DNA of 64,000 bases from Alistipes sp. (GTDB lineage: Bacteria > Bacteroidota > Bacteroidia > Bacteroidales > Rikenellaceae): the NCBI GenBank assembly GCA_045541235.1, contig JAZQIS010000022.1, positions 8,762-72,761 of the forward strand, written 5' to 3'. Shown piece by piece: positions 9,858-18,828 of this stretch. The position numbers were made by a program, and so were the translations under genes. The notes beneath the pieces were generated by a model that had not been told where the DNA came from, did not search any database, and saw only the letters and a program-made list of their open reading frames with translations. How positions within the stretch are numbered: position 1 is the first letter of the stretch; each line of letters begins with the position of its first letter.

Positions 9858-11840
9858 ATGCGCAGAGTTGTAGTTACGATACTCTTTATTTTGTTCGCCA
9901 CAATCACGATTGTGGCGCAGTATAATCGTGACTACTTCTTTTATGTTGGTCGTCGTCAAATGATGGACAACGACTTCAAGGAGGCGATACGTACGTTGAA
10001 TGTGTTGTTACGCTTTGACGAGAATGCTTACGAGGGCTATTTCCTTCGCGGAATTGCCAAGTATAATTTGGACGATTTGCTCGGTGCCGAGGCCGATTTC
10101 ACAGAGGCGATAATCAAAAATCCGGTATTCACAACCGCCTACACCTATCGTGCCATAACACGTTCGCGCTTAGGAAATTACGACGATGCTCTATCGGACT
10201 TCCAAGAGGCTATTGAGTTGCGCCCCGATCTCCCAAATCCCTACTACTCAAGAGGTGTTACACGACTACTTAATCAGCAATTTGAAGAGGCGATTAAGGA
10301 TTTCGATAACTTTATACGCTACGAAAAGAAAGTTGCAGATGCCTACATAAATCGAGGTGTTTGTTACCTCCACTTAAAGGATACTTTGCGCGCATACTCG
10401 GATTTTGAGCTCGGCATACGCACAAACAGAGAGAATCCGATGGGCTATAATCGCAGAGGCGTATTGTTTTTGCAACAAAAGAGATATAAAGAGGCGGAAA
10501 ACGACTTTGACATGGCGATAAAGTGCGACTCATCGCTCTCTATGTCATATTTCAATCGCGCGTTAGTATATAACGAGACCAATCGACCAATGAAATCCAT
10601 TGCCGACCTCGATCGGGTAATCCAACTCGATTCAACAAGCTCTATTGCATACTTCAACCGCGCTATAATTCGCAGTTATATAGGTGATTACAATCGAGCG
10701 CTTGAAGATTATAATAGGGTCGCTACCCTATCTCCCGACAACGTCATCGTCTATTATAATCGCGCACTGCTTAATCAGGAACTCGGCGAAATAGAGGATG
10801 CAAAAAGGGATTTCACAAAGGCTATTGAGCTCTATCCGGACTTTGCCAACGCATACCTTGGTCGTAGCTATTTGCGCCGATTGCTCAATGATTTTAGCGG
10901 TGCAAAACGCGACAGACAGACCGCAGAGCGTAAAATTGCAGAGTATAAGTCTCGCTTGAGCGATACGACATATTCTATATACGCCGATACCACACGTCAA
11001 TTCAACAAACTACTCTCGTTTGATGCAAAACTTTCGGGTGCCTCATTTGAGCGTATAACCTCTCGTCGCACAAACAATGAAAAGATTGCATTGCTACCAC
11101 TTTTCAAGTTTACATTTGTAAAAGACTCCACACAACATACCGCTACGGCAAGTAAGTACTATTCCCAGCGAGAGAAGGACTTTATCAAAAAGTTCAATAA
11201 CAAGTTGTTGGCAATATCGTGCCGCGAGAGCGATATTGCTCCTGATAGCCTGACAGTTATCAATAATCATATGAAGCAACTGTTTAAGAGTGGAGATATA
11301 TCCTTTGAGGATATGTTCCAGCTCGCCATTTCAGAGATGTCTGTCAAGCAATATACAAACTCCATAAATACCTATTCATCTGCTATTAAAGCGGCTCCAA
11401 CTAATCCGTTTGTTTATATGAATAGGGCTGTTACTCAAGCCGAAATGATAGACTTTATATCATCCATAGAAAACTCATATCAGCGAATTTCCATTGAAAG
11501 TGATCCGGCTCAACAGCTTCGCAATCAAGCTGTTCGCACATATAGCTATGACCAAGCCATTGCGGATTTGACAAAGTCTATTAAACTATACCCTGGTTTT
11601 GCCTATTCATATTACAATCGTGCCAATTTATTGGCTCTTTCGGGCAAATTGCCGGAAGCTTTTGATGACTATACCAAAGCCATTGAATTGAACCCTCATT
11701 TTGCCGAGGCATACTACAATCGCGGTCTGATACAGATATATATGAAGGATACGCGCAAAGGTTGTTTAGATATATCCAAGGCGGGTGAGCTTGGCATTGA
11801 TGACGCATACGAAATACTGAAAATATATATGAATCAATAG
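9858..11840 (+). CDS. Exported tetratricopeptide repeat protein
   Basis: Signal peptide followed by many TPR units (AY.NRG/A...A..DF..AI.L.P). Confidence 0.9.
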   Translation: MRRVVVTILFILFATITIVAQYNRDYFFYVGRRQMMDNDFKEAIRTLNVLLRFDENAYEGYFLRGIAKYNLDDLLGAEADFTEAIIKNPVFTTAYTYRAITRSRLGNYDDALSDFQEAIELRPDLPNPYYSRGVTRLLNQQFEEAIKDFDNFIRYEKKVADAYINRGVCYLHLKDTLRAYSDFELGIRTNRENPMGYNRRGVLFLQQKRYKEAENDFDMAIKCDSSLSMSYFNRALVYNETNRPMKSIADLDRVIQLDSTSSIAYFNRAIIRSYIGDYNRALEDYNRVATLSPDNVIVYYNRALLNQELGEIEDAKRDFTKAIELYPDFANAYLGRSYLRRLLNDFSGAKRDRQTAERKIAEYKSRLSDTTYSIYADTTRQFNKLLSFDAKLSGASFERITSRRTNNEKIALLPLFKFTFVKDSTQHTATASKYYSQREKDFIKKFNNKLLAISCRESDIAPDSLTVINNHMKQLFKSGDISFEDMFQLAISEMSVKQYTNSINTYSSAIKAAPTNPFVYMNRAVTQAEMIDFISSIENSYQRISIESDPAQQLRNQAVRTYSYDQAIADLTKSIKLYPGFAYSYYNRANLLALSGKLPEAFDDYTKAIELNPHFAEAYYNRGLIQIYMKDTRKGCLDISKAGELGIDDAYEILKIYMNQ

Positions 11841-11893
11841 CACATTTAGAACTGATTAAATCACATAAATTCAATAACTTAAATAAAAACATT

Positions 11894-13306
11894 ATGACTC
11901 AAACAATTCAAAGAAAACTTAACGACAGTGCGTGGGCTCGTTGGGGTGCGATGGTTCTTATCGCTCTTATGATGCTCTTTGCGCATATGTTCGTTGATGT
12001 CATCTCCCCTATTAAGGAGTTAATTCAGATTCAGCGAGGTTGGACCTCCGATGTATTTGGCACCTATGCGGGTTCGGAGTATTTGCTCAACGTATGGGGA
12101 TTTCTTATCGTTGCCGGCATCATTCTCGACAAGATGGGTATCAGATTTACAGGCGAGCTCTCGGCAATTATAATGGTAATTGGTGCTTGCATTAAATACT
12201 ATGCCGTTAGCGATGCATTTGTCGGAACCGGCCTCGAGAGTTGGCTCAACTCTTGGTGGGTTTCAATGCCTGCCAGCGCAAAGCTTGCTTCATTTGGTTT
12301 TATGATCTTTGGCTGCGGTTGTGAAATGGCCGGCATAACGGCATCTAAAGCTCTCGCAAAGTGGTTTGAAGGCAAAGAGATGGCGTTGGCTATGGGCTTG
12401 GAGATGGCACTCGCACGAGTTGGCGTGTTCATTATTTTCACAATTTCGCCACGTCTTGCCGGTATCGGCGGCCTTGAGCCTTCAGTAGTTAAGCCTGTAG
12501 CATTCTGTACAGCACTTCTCGTTATTGGCTTGCTTTGCTACACCATTTTCTGCGTGATGGACAAGAAATTTGACAAACAGCTTGGCGCAGAGGCCTCTCA
12601 GGGCGAAAGTGAAGAGGAGTTTAAGTTTGCCGACGTTATCAACATTTTCAAGAGCAAGCTGTTCTGGATTGTTGCGATGTTGTGTGTGTTGTACTACTCT
12701 GCAATCTTCCCATTCCAGAAATTTGCTGCAAATATGTTGCAAAGTAACCTCGGTCTCTCGGCGACAATGGCGGCCGATATTTTCCGCTGGTTCCCTATCG
12801 GTGCAGCTTGTATTACTCCACTCCTCGGTTGGTACTTGGACAAAAAAGGCAAGGGAGCTACAATGTTGATTCTCGGTTCGTTACTGATGATTGTATGCCA
12901 CCTTACTTTCGCTCTTGTCCTGCCTATATATCCAAGTAAGGGCATAGCTTTTGCAGCGATTATTTTGCTTGGAATCTCGTTCTCGTTAGTTCCGGCATCG
13001 CTTTGGCCATCAATTCCAAAGATTATGGACAAGAGATTTTTGGGTAGTGCGTACTCGTTGATATTCTGGGTGCAGAACTTCGGATTGAGTGGAACACCAA
13101 TGATTATTGGCTGGGCATTGGAGAAGAGTAATCCCGGCGTAGCAGAGCAGATTGCAGCAGGAGCAGAGGGTGTTGCCTACAACTACACCATACCGATGTT
13201 AATCTTTGCATCGCTCGGTGGCTTAGCCCTTATATTCAGCCTTTGGTTGAAATCTATGGATAAGCGCAATGGTTACGGCTTGGAGTTGCCAAATATCCGT
13301 GAGTAA
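11894..13306 (+). CDS. Major facilitator superfamily transporter
   Basis: About 12 hydrophobic segments; GIILDKMGIR and GWYLDKKGK loop motifs. Confidence 0.9.
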   Translation: MTQTIQRKLNDSAWARWGAMVLIALMMLFAHMFVDVISPIKELIQIQRGWTSDVFGTYAGSEYLLNVWGFLIVAGIILDKMGIRFTGELSAIIMVIGACIKYYAVSDAFVGTGLESWLNSWWVSMPASAKLASFGFMIFGCGCEMAGITASKALAKWFEGKEMALAMGLEMALARVGVFIIFTISPRLAGIGGLEPSVVKPVAFCTALLVIGLLCYTIFCVMDKKFDKQLGAEASQGESEEEFKFADVINIFKSKLFWIVAMLCVLYYSAIFPFQKFAANMLQSNLGLSATMAADIFRWFPIGAACITPLLGWYLDKKGKGATMLILGSLLMIVCHLTFALVLPIYPSKGIAFAAIILLGISFSLVPASLWPSIPKIMDKRFLGSAYSLIFWVQNFGLSGTPMIIGWALEKSNPGVAEQIAAGAEGVAYNYTIPMLIFASLGGLALIFSLWLKSMDKRNGYGLELPNIRE

Positions 13307-13322
13307 TTGGTGCTGTTGAGAT

Positions 13323-13355
13323 GAAATAAGGTGGAGCAAAACTCCACCTTATTTC
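13323..13355. terminator. Bidirectional terminator
   Basis: GAAATAAGGTGGAG-caaaa-CTCCACCTTATTTC between convergent genes. Confidence 0.75.
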
Positions 13356-14467
13356 GTTTGATTATATACCTCAATCAACTTGTCGCACATTGTTGCCCAG
13401 GAGAAGCGTTTGCGCTCCGCAGGAAAATTCTCGGCAAATTTATTGAGCGAATCATCTCTATAGAGTCGAACAATAGCGTCGGCTATCCTCTCTACATTTG
13501 GTTCGCAAACATATCCTACGCGACCATCCGACACAATTTCGGGCAATCCACCTACACGTGTTACAATCATTGGCACCGAAAAGTTGTAAGCAATTTGCGT
13601 GACTCCACTTTGTGTGGCTGTACGGTATGGCAAAACCAAAGCGTCCGCAACAGAGAAGTAGTATTTTACATCCTCGTCCTTGACAAAACCTTCGTGTAGC
13701 ACTACCCTATCGCCAAGCCGTTCCAGCAAAGCCCTGTATTGCTCTTTGTCATTGTAGAACTCTCCAGCAACAAGTAATCGCAAACTCTTATCCTCGATAC
13801 GCTCAAATGCCTCCAAAAGCATATCCAACCCCTTGTAGTCGCGAATAAGCCCAAAGAAGAGCAGATATTTTCTATCTACATCAAGTCCAAGTTTGACACA
13901 CGACTCCTCGCGCGGAGCCCTCTCTCCGAAATTCTCAAACATAGGATGTGGCGAGAATATCGCAGGGGCGGAGGTGTAGGCACGCAATTCGCCACCCACC
14001 TGCTCCGACATATAGACAAAGCCATCTACCGCACCAAGATAGTAACGGTTGAATGGCTTATCAATCAGATGGTGCTCGTGTGGCTCAACATTGTCGATTT
14101 GACAAACCACCTTTGTTTTACCATTGCGACGAGCTATGCGGCAGATTGTACCGAAGCAAGGTGCCATAAACGGAGTCCAATACTTCATCAAAATCATATC
14201 GGGAGCCTCCTTGCGCAGACGCTCGCCCACCGCCACCCAATTCAGAGGGTTGCAGGTATTTACGATACGCTCGATATGCAAATCGTGCGGTGCGGGGCTA
14301 TCGACTAATTGACTCTTGCCGGGGAATAACAGCGAAGGGTATTGCAGCGAGAAGGTGTAGACCTTAACCTCATCTCCGCGACTCTGATATTCGCGAGCCA
14401 TAGTCTCCATAATCGATGCCAAACCGCCACGATATGGGTGCGCAGGACCAAGAATAACAATCTTCAT
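13349..14467 (-). CDS. Glycosyltransferase family 4 (GT-B)
   Basis: GPAHPYRGG, FFGLIRDYKG, LPYRTATQSGV and TRVGGLPE motifs. Confidence 0.9.
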   Translation of the reverse strand: MKIVILGPAHPYRGGLASIMETMAREYQSRGDEVKVYTFSLQYPSLLFPGKSQLVDSPAPHDLHIERIVNTCNPLNWVAVGERLRKEAPDMILMKYWTPFMAPCFGTICRIARRNGKTKVVCQIDNVEPHEHHLIDKPFNRYYLGAVDGFVYMSEQVGGELRAYTSAPAIFSPHPMFENFGERAPREESCVKLGLDVDRKYLLFFGLIRDYKGLDMLLEAFERIEDKSLRLLVAGEFYNDKEQYRALLERLGDRVVLHEGFVKDEDVKYYFSVADALVLPYRTATQSGVTQIAYNFSVPMIVTRVGGLPEIVSDGRVGYVCEPNVERIADAIVRLYRDDSLNKFAENFPAERKRFSWATMCDKLIEVYNQTK

Positions 14468-14509
14468 ACCAATCTCTGTTTTGTATCTGATTTACAAAGA
14501 TACAAAACA

Positions 14510-14541
14510 AATTGAGAATTGAGAATTAAGAATTGAGAATT
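14510..14541. repeat. 7-bp tandem repeat (AATTRAG)x4
   Basis: aattgag aattgag aattaag aattgag aatt. Confidence 0.85.
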
Positions 14542-14575
14542 ATTATAAAGAAAGCGATTTAGGAAGTATAAAATT

Positions 14576-14672
14576 GTCATTGCGAAGGAGCAAAGCGACT
14601 GCGGCAATCTCCATTATTGTTATTAAAATTTAAAGTGGGAGATCGCCACGAGCCTACGGCTCTCGCAATGAC
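14576..14672. repeat. REP/REPIN-like palindromic element, copy 1
   Basis: GTCATTGCGA...GGCAATCTC - AT-rich spacer - GAGATCGCC...TCGCAATGAC; homologous to 42454-42549 and to the half copy at 17578-17624. Confidence 0.75.
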
Positions 14673-14681
14673 GGATTATTT

Positions 14682-14713
14682 TTTGCACTTTTCGAGATAA
14701 GTTGTTATATTTG
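14682..14713 (+). promoter_or_regulatory. Bacteroidota promoter: -33 TTTG, 20-bp spacer, -7 TATATTTG
   Basis: Same spacing conserved in the homologous copy at 42408-42439 (- strand). Confidence 0.75.
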
Positions 14714-14716
14714 TGG

Positions 14717-14956
14717 TGCAGTCGCAAGGTTGCAGACATATAGAAAGTGTTTTTCGAAGTCCTTATAAGAAAATGTGGAAGTTTTCAAAGGAAGAGGGCA
14801 GACGAGCAACACTCATTTCTTGTATATATGCTATTGGTATGTCTTGTACCGATATGTTGCTATGTACAGGTGTGAGGCATTGTAGCGTTTATTCTTCCGA
14901 GGTCATTCCACAACCTTCTTATAAATAAACGAAAATCAACCTCACACTTTCTTTTT
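14717..14956 (+). ncRNA. Candidate structured leader/ncRNA, copy 1 (short 5' hairpin, ~210-nt rod hairpin, T-run)
   Basis: Nested pairings AGAAAGTGT/ACACTTTCT, TTTTCG/CGAAAA, TTATAAGAA/TTCTTATAA, TGTGGAA/TTCCACA, GGAAGA/TCTTCC, CTTGTATATA/TATGTACAGG, ATTGGTAT/GTACCGAT; compensatory changes versus copy 2. Confidence 0.65.
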
Positions 14957-15006
14957 ATAATATCGCCTTATTCGAGGTTGGTGGGCAAACATAAAACTGA
15001 CCGACT

Positions 15007-15213
15007 ATGGACAAGAACAAACTTGCAAAGGCTGTGGTGGCGATATTATTGGCAACCCCGCTTTTATCTATCGTTTATTGGGTAATTAGCGAATTTAGTT
15101 TCTCCTATGAAAACTACTCTGATTTATTTGATGATTTACTCGTTGCAGCGACCACAATTTCAATATGCGTACTGATATTTATATACCTCTATCCAAGAAT
15201 ATTGAAAAAATAA
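15007..15213 (+). CDS. Small hypothetical membrane protein (2 TM)
   Basis: 68 aa, two hydrophobic segments, first ORF after the leader. Confidence 0.55.
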   Translation: MDKNKLAKAVVAILLATPLLSIVYWVISEFSFSYENYSDLFDDLLVAATTISICVLIFIYLYPRILKK

Positions 15214-15248
15214 ATTTAACATTTTGTCAAACAGTAAAAATTAAAGTT

Positions 15249-15719
15249 ATGGGTTATCTAAATGTATCTATAACGTCAAGTTATGTTGTGACATTGGAGT
15301 ATGAAAGAGTTGCAGAAAACTTTGTTTTCAAAAGTGATATAAATTGTATAAATGGGTGGAAGATTCAGAGTATTATAAGACAAGATTCAGCAGGATCTCC
15401 GAGTGTTCTCGACAAAACAAGGTATCCATTTTTAGAGTTTGTTATTAAGGACTACAAAGGTCATCAGCGTATAAAAAGATATTTCTTTAATGATTACGAC
15501 TCTCAAAATATTAAGGAAAATACGGGAGTTCATTGCAAACGGGACCTATCAACATCGCAAGCGATCGCCTATTTTATCGAAAACACTAAAATCTTCCATT
15601 ATGCAAATTGGGAGGAGTATGATGCCGGAGATACATTAGAACAAATAAGTGATATTATGAAGAAAGACATTTCAAAAAAAGAAATATTACAGAGTATAAA
15701 AGAATTATTAATTAAATAG
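15249..15719 (+). CDS. Hypothetical protein
   Basis: In-frame ATG at 15249 (MGYLNVSIT) after an A-rich UTR; no family recognised. Confidence 0.6.
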   Translation: MGYLNVSITSSYVVTLEYERVAENFVFKSDINCINGWKIQSIIRQDSAGSPSVLDKTRYPFLEFVIKDYKGHQRIKRYFFNDYDSQNIKENTGVHCKRDLSTSQAIAYFIENTKIFHYANWEEYDAGDTLEQISDIMKKDISKKEILQSIKELLIK

Positions 15720-15758
15720 CAGTAAACAAAATGTGTTAAATCTTAAAAACTTAAATCT

Positions 15759-16412
15759 ATGACAGAAATTGAAGTGAAAGCCATAGAGGGCTTAAATCTC
15801 TTAAAACAAGGAGATAACAGAGGTGCTTATAGAGTATTTGTACAAGCGTACAATGAAATGAAGTTTGATGTTGCAAAGTTAAAGGATGTAACACACTTTG
15901 AAGAAGTAGGAGTCGCATTTACATCTCTTCTTGCATTTAATCAAATTGATGATATTGACATTCAACAACGAGTCGCAAGTATAGCTTATTTATTTCTCTC
16001 AAAAGCAATTAACCAAGCAGGATGGATAGGCGAGTTATTTGTGGAAATAGAAACTATTTATAGATATCGAATTCTTTTGATCGAAAATTTCGGGAAAGCA
16101 CTATCTTACACAGCAATGGAGGCTCTAAATATTGATGGTGGTGTATTTGGTGCAGGTATGGCGCATGCAGAAGCATCAGATGCGTTGGGTGCGATGCAAT
16201 ATCACGATTTAAAACACTGTCCTACATGGATAAACAGAGATTTGTTCTTATCTAAGATGAAAAATGCATTTGAGCAATCTATGTCAGGAAACAATCCTTT
16301 GGGAATAAAAAAGTCTCCTATGGAACTTGTTGAACGGGGACAAAATAATCACACAAGGATGTTGGAATATCTTGAAAATAAGGTATTGAAAAATGAGGAC
16401 ATAAACTTTTAA
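15759..16412 (+). CDS. Hypothetical, probably helical/TPR-like protein
   Basis: 217 aa ORF; N-terminus GLNLLKQGDNRGAYRVF resembles a TPR helix. Confidence 0.65.
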   Translation: MTEIEVKAIEGLNLLKQGDNRGAYRVFVQAYNEMKFDVAKLKDVTHFEEVGVAFTSLLAFNQIDDIDIQQRVASIAYLFLSKAINQAGWIGELFVEIETIYRYRILLIENFGKALSYTAMEALNIDGGVFGAGMAHAEASDALGAMQYHDLKHCPTWINRDLFLSKMKNAFEQSMSGNNPLGIKKSPMELVERGQNNHTRMLEYLENKVLKNEDINF

Positions 16413-16457
16413 TATAGAAAAAAAATAAAAATTGTTAAACCTTAAAATTTTATAGTT

Positions 16458-16829
16458 ATGAATATTAAATTAGATGATATATTTTTCTGGCTACAACTTA
16501 CAGGTCATAATCCGAGAAAGATTGGAGATGGTAGTATAGTTGAGTTTTTTGTACATGGGATTTCGTTCTTGATAGATTGTGATAATGACTATGTTCGTAT
16601 AAGACTTTCTATGTCTGGATGCAGATGGTCGCCCGAAGATATACAAGCAGCCGCAAATTATGCAATGAATAGGCAAAGGGGAATAAAGATATACATGCAA
16701 GATGATTTGGTATTGTTTTCAATAGAACAATATGTTTCAAGTTGGGATTATTTTAGAGATAATTTTAACCGATATATTATGACATTTTTTTCAGCTGCAC
16801 AAGATTTTACAAGTTACCACAATTTATAG
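16458..16829 (+). CDS. YbjN / T3SS-chaperone-like fold protein
   Basis: 123 aa; pattern F.V.G..FLI...DYVRI...AAN..MNR.R.IK.Y..DD...FSIE. Confidence 0.5.
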   Translation: MNIKLDDIFFWLQLTGHNPRKIGDGSIVEFFVHGISFLIDCDNDYVRIRLSMSGCRWSPEDIQAAANYAMNRQRGIKIYMQDDLVLFSIEQYVSSWDYFRDNFNRYIMTFFSAAQDFTSYHNL

Positions 16830-16840
16830 TATCTGAGTGT

Positions 16841-17476
16841 ATGAAAAAAATATCATGCATTCTCCTTACCTTGCTATTATTGGGTGTTCAGCAGGGAGTT
16901 GCTTCGGAGAAGCAGGAGAAGCAGAAAACGCCAAAGCAGAGCAGCCAACCCAAAAAAACGAAACTCCAAAAAGAGGCAGAAAAGGGCGATGGAATGGCCA
17001 AATATATTCTTAAAATATTAAATCCAACACCCGTTAATATCGTTGCCATACACGAGTATATACAAACTAAGGGTTATAAATCCACATTGGAGGAGCCGAA
17101 AGATGTTGAGAAATATATAACTTTCCAATCCGATAGTTTGAGTGGGCATATTCACGCAGAAGGTGAGTATATCACATTTCAAACCAGCCTTAGAAACCCC
17201 GGTTCGTATGTCGCACGAATGATAAGACAGGACAAAATAACAAGTAAAGCAAAGGCTATCGTATATAGAGCCTGTTTAGATTTGATGAATCGCATAAGGT
17301 GCGTAAAAGCCTCTTATTACGAGGAAGATGATTGGATAAGCGTCACTGTCGAAACATTTATACCGACAATGCCTGTATTTGAACGATATTTTGATACCTA
17401 TATGGCTATATTGTCAAATGCATCTGATCAGGTCGTATATCTGGTAGACCAACATATCGAATCGACTAATAAGTAG
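16841..17476 (+). CDS. Exported protein with YbjN-like domain (paralogue of preceding gene)
   Basis: Signal peptide and K/Q-rich linker; MNRIRCVKASY..DD.ISVTVE aligns with MNRQRGIKIY..DD..LFSIE of 16458-16829. Confidence 0.55.
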   Translation: MKKISCILLTLLLLGVQQGVASEKQEKQKTPKQSSQPKKTKLQKEAEKGDGMAKYILKILNPTPVNIVAIHEYIQTKGYKSTLEEPKDVEKYITFQSDSLSGHIHAEGEYITFQTSLRNPGSYVARMIRQDKITSKAKAIVYRACLDLMNRIRCVKASYYEEDDWISVTVETFIPTMPVFERYFDTYMAILSNASDQVVYLVDQHIESTNK

Positions 17477-17499
17477 ATGGTATTGTTTTATCCGACATG

Positions 17500-17530
17500 A
17501 CGCCCTCCGCAAAGACTCTGCGGAGGGCGT
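17500..17530 (+). terminator. Intrinsic terminator closing cassette 1
   Basis: ACGCCCTCCGCA-aagactc-TGCGGAGGGCGT followed by TTAT. Confidence 0.75.
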
Positions 17531-17577
17531 TTATATATTCATTACAAAAAAAAGCCAATGGCTAAAAGCCGATGTAA

Positions 17578-17624
17578 GGGAGATTGCCACGGCTTGTGCC
17601 AAGCCTCGCAATGACGGATTATTT
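17578..17624 (+). repeat. Half REP element (right arm), direct repeat of 14637-14681
   Basis: GGGAGATTGCCACG...CTCGCAATGACGGATTATTT. Confidence 0.75.
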
Positions 17625-17633
17625 AACTTTTAA

Positions 17634-17670
17634 CTCTGCATTCTGCATTTTGCATTTTGCATTCTGCATT
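17634..17670. repeat. 7-bp tandem repeat (TTYTGCA), about 5 copies
   Basis: ctctgca ttctgca ttttgca ttttgca ttctgca. Confidence 0.85.
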
Positions 17671-17671
17671 T

Positions 17672-18178
17672 CTATTTCTCTCCTTTCGATTTATGTTTAC
17701 TGTTGGAGATGGATTGCAGGGCGAGGTAGTGTGAGCCGTAGTCGAGGAGGTTTTGCCACTCGGTACGGAAAATATCGAGGTGCTCCTCCTCTTCCGCCGC
17801 CATATCCTGAAATATCTTGTGCGTAACCGAGTCATCTTCCGCTGCGCAGAGGCGTGAATACTCGTTGTAGTGGTCGATAGTACTCTGCTCCAACTTAACG
17901 GCAAAATACAACGCCTCGACCGGCTCGTCAATCTGTCGTGCACGCTCCGAAGGGTTCATATCGACCTTGCCATTGAGGAACAAAATTCGCTCGGCAATAT
18001 GCTCGATATGTTCCATCTCGGCAATTGAGATACGGCGCATCAGGCGAGCCAAATGTTCATAGCCGGCATCCTCGAAGATGGTGTGGAAATAGATATACTG
18101 CAAGGTTGAAGAAATCTCCTTGCCAAGTGCATCGTTCAATCGTTCGATGCTGCGTTGATACTTTGAAGTCTGCTCCAT
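17672..18178 (-). CDS. bfr: Bacterioferritin / ferritin-like diiron protein
   Basis: LNDALGKEI..LQY..H, EMEHIEHIAERILFL and EEEEH ferroxidase pattern; start at MEQTSK. Confidence 0.8.
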   Translation of the reverse strand: MEQTSKYQRSIERLNDALGKEISSTLQYIYFHTIFEDAGYEHLARLMRRISIAEMEHIEHIAERILFLNGKVDMNPSERARQIDEPVEALYFAVKLEQSTIDHYNEYSRLCAAEDDSVTHKIFQDMAAEEEEHLDIFRTEWQNLLDYGSHYLALQSISNSKHKSKGEK

Positions 18179-18426
18179 AAAATATAAACTTTTACGAAGC
18201 AGACTTAAGTGCAAAGGTTGCGCCAAAATATTTATGTTCTACACTTTTTATGCCTCTCTATCATACGGATGTGAGTTGCTCCGTAGCCGAGATGGATTGT
18301 AATGCTGTATGGAATGCTCGTGAGCTTTTATCTGTCTTTATCATCGTTGGGGCAAAACTGTATATTTTGCACTGCAAAGATACAAAAAAAATGAAAAACA
18401 AGAAGTCTTCCATTTTCATTAGAGTG

Positions 18427-18633
18427 CTACTCTTCTACATATTCGAGAATTTCGCCGGGCTGACAGTGTAACTCATGACATATTGCTTCGAGCGTCGAAA
18501 ATCTTACTGCTCGTCCTTTGCCAGTCTTAAATATTGAGAGATTAGCCGGTGTGATACCCACTCTCTCCGATAGCTCATTTAACGACACGTTGCGTCGAGC
18601 CATCACGGCGCCAAGTTTAACCTTAATCCCCAT
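18427..18633 (-). CDS. Cro/C1-type HTH regulator (YozG-like)
   Basis: LNELSERVGITPANLS.FKTGKGRAVRFSTLEAIC..L.CQPGEIL. Confidence 0.85.
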   Translation of the reverse strand: MGIKVKLGAVMARRNVSLNELSERVGITPANLSIFKTGKGRAVRFSTLEAICHELHCQPGEILEYVEE

Positions 18634-18828
18634 TTCTCCTTATTTTGCTCAAAAACCAACGCGAAAGTAGTACAATTTCGCTTAATTTCCAAGCAAACAG
18701 CTATTTATTTTATCCTAACACACCCTTTTTAACATAACTCATAATATCGTTTTACTCGCAATTTTGGGCAATATGGTTGCAAATATTCGGCAAAAGACCT
18801 ACCTTTGTTTAATAATTAAAACAAAAAA

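Larger units (their letters stand above)
14576..17624 (+). mobile_element. Accessory cassette/islet 1 (REP, promoter, hairpin leader, 5 AT-rich genes, terminator, half-REP)
   Basis: Visibly AT-rich cargo; 20-bp direct repeat CTCGCAATGACGGATTATTT at 14662-14681 and 17605-17624; frame shared with 39165-42549; no recombinase encoded. Confidence 0.55.

Noticed and set aside
14713-14928. ORF 14713-14928 and its look-alike 42154-42531 (shared CRHIESVFR..MWKFS..SCIYAIG) as a leader-peptide family
   Set aside because: Substitutions are largely non-synonymous, the frames diverge after an indel, and the changes are explained by compensatory base pairing. The similarity is at the nucleic-acid level, though a translated leader cannot be fully excluded.
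14742-14952. 6S RNA, retron msr/msd, integron attC or MITE identity for the rod hairpin
   Set aside because: Two copies tied to accessory cargo do not fit 6S. There is no adjacent RT or integron integrase, no attC core sites were seen, and no target-site duplication. Left unassigned.
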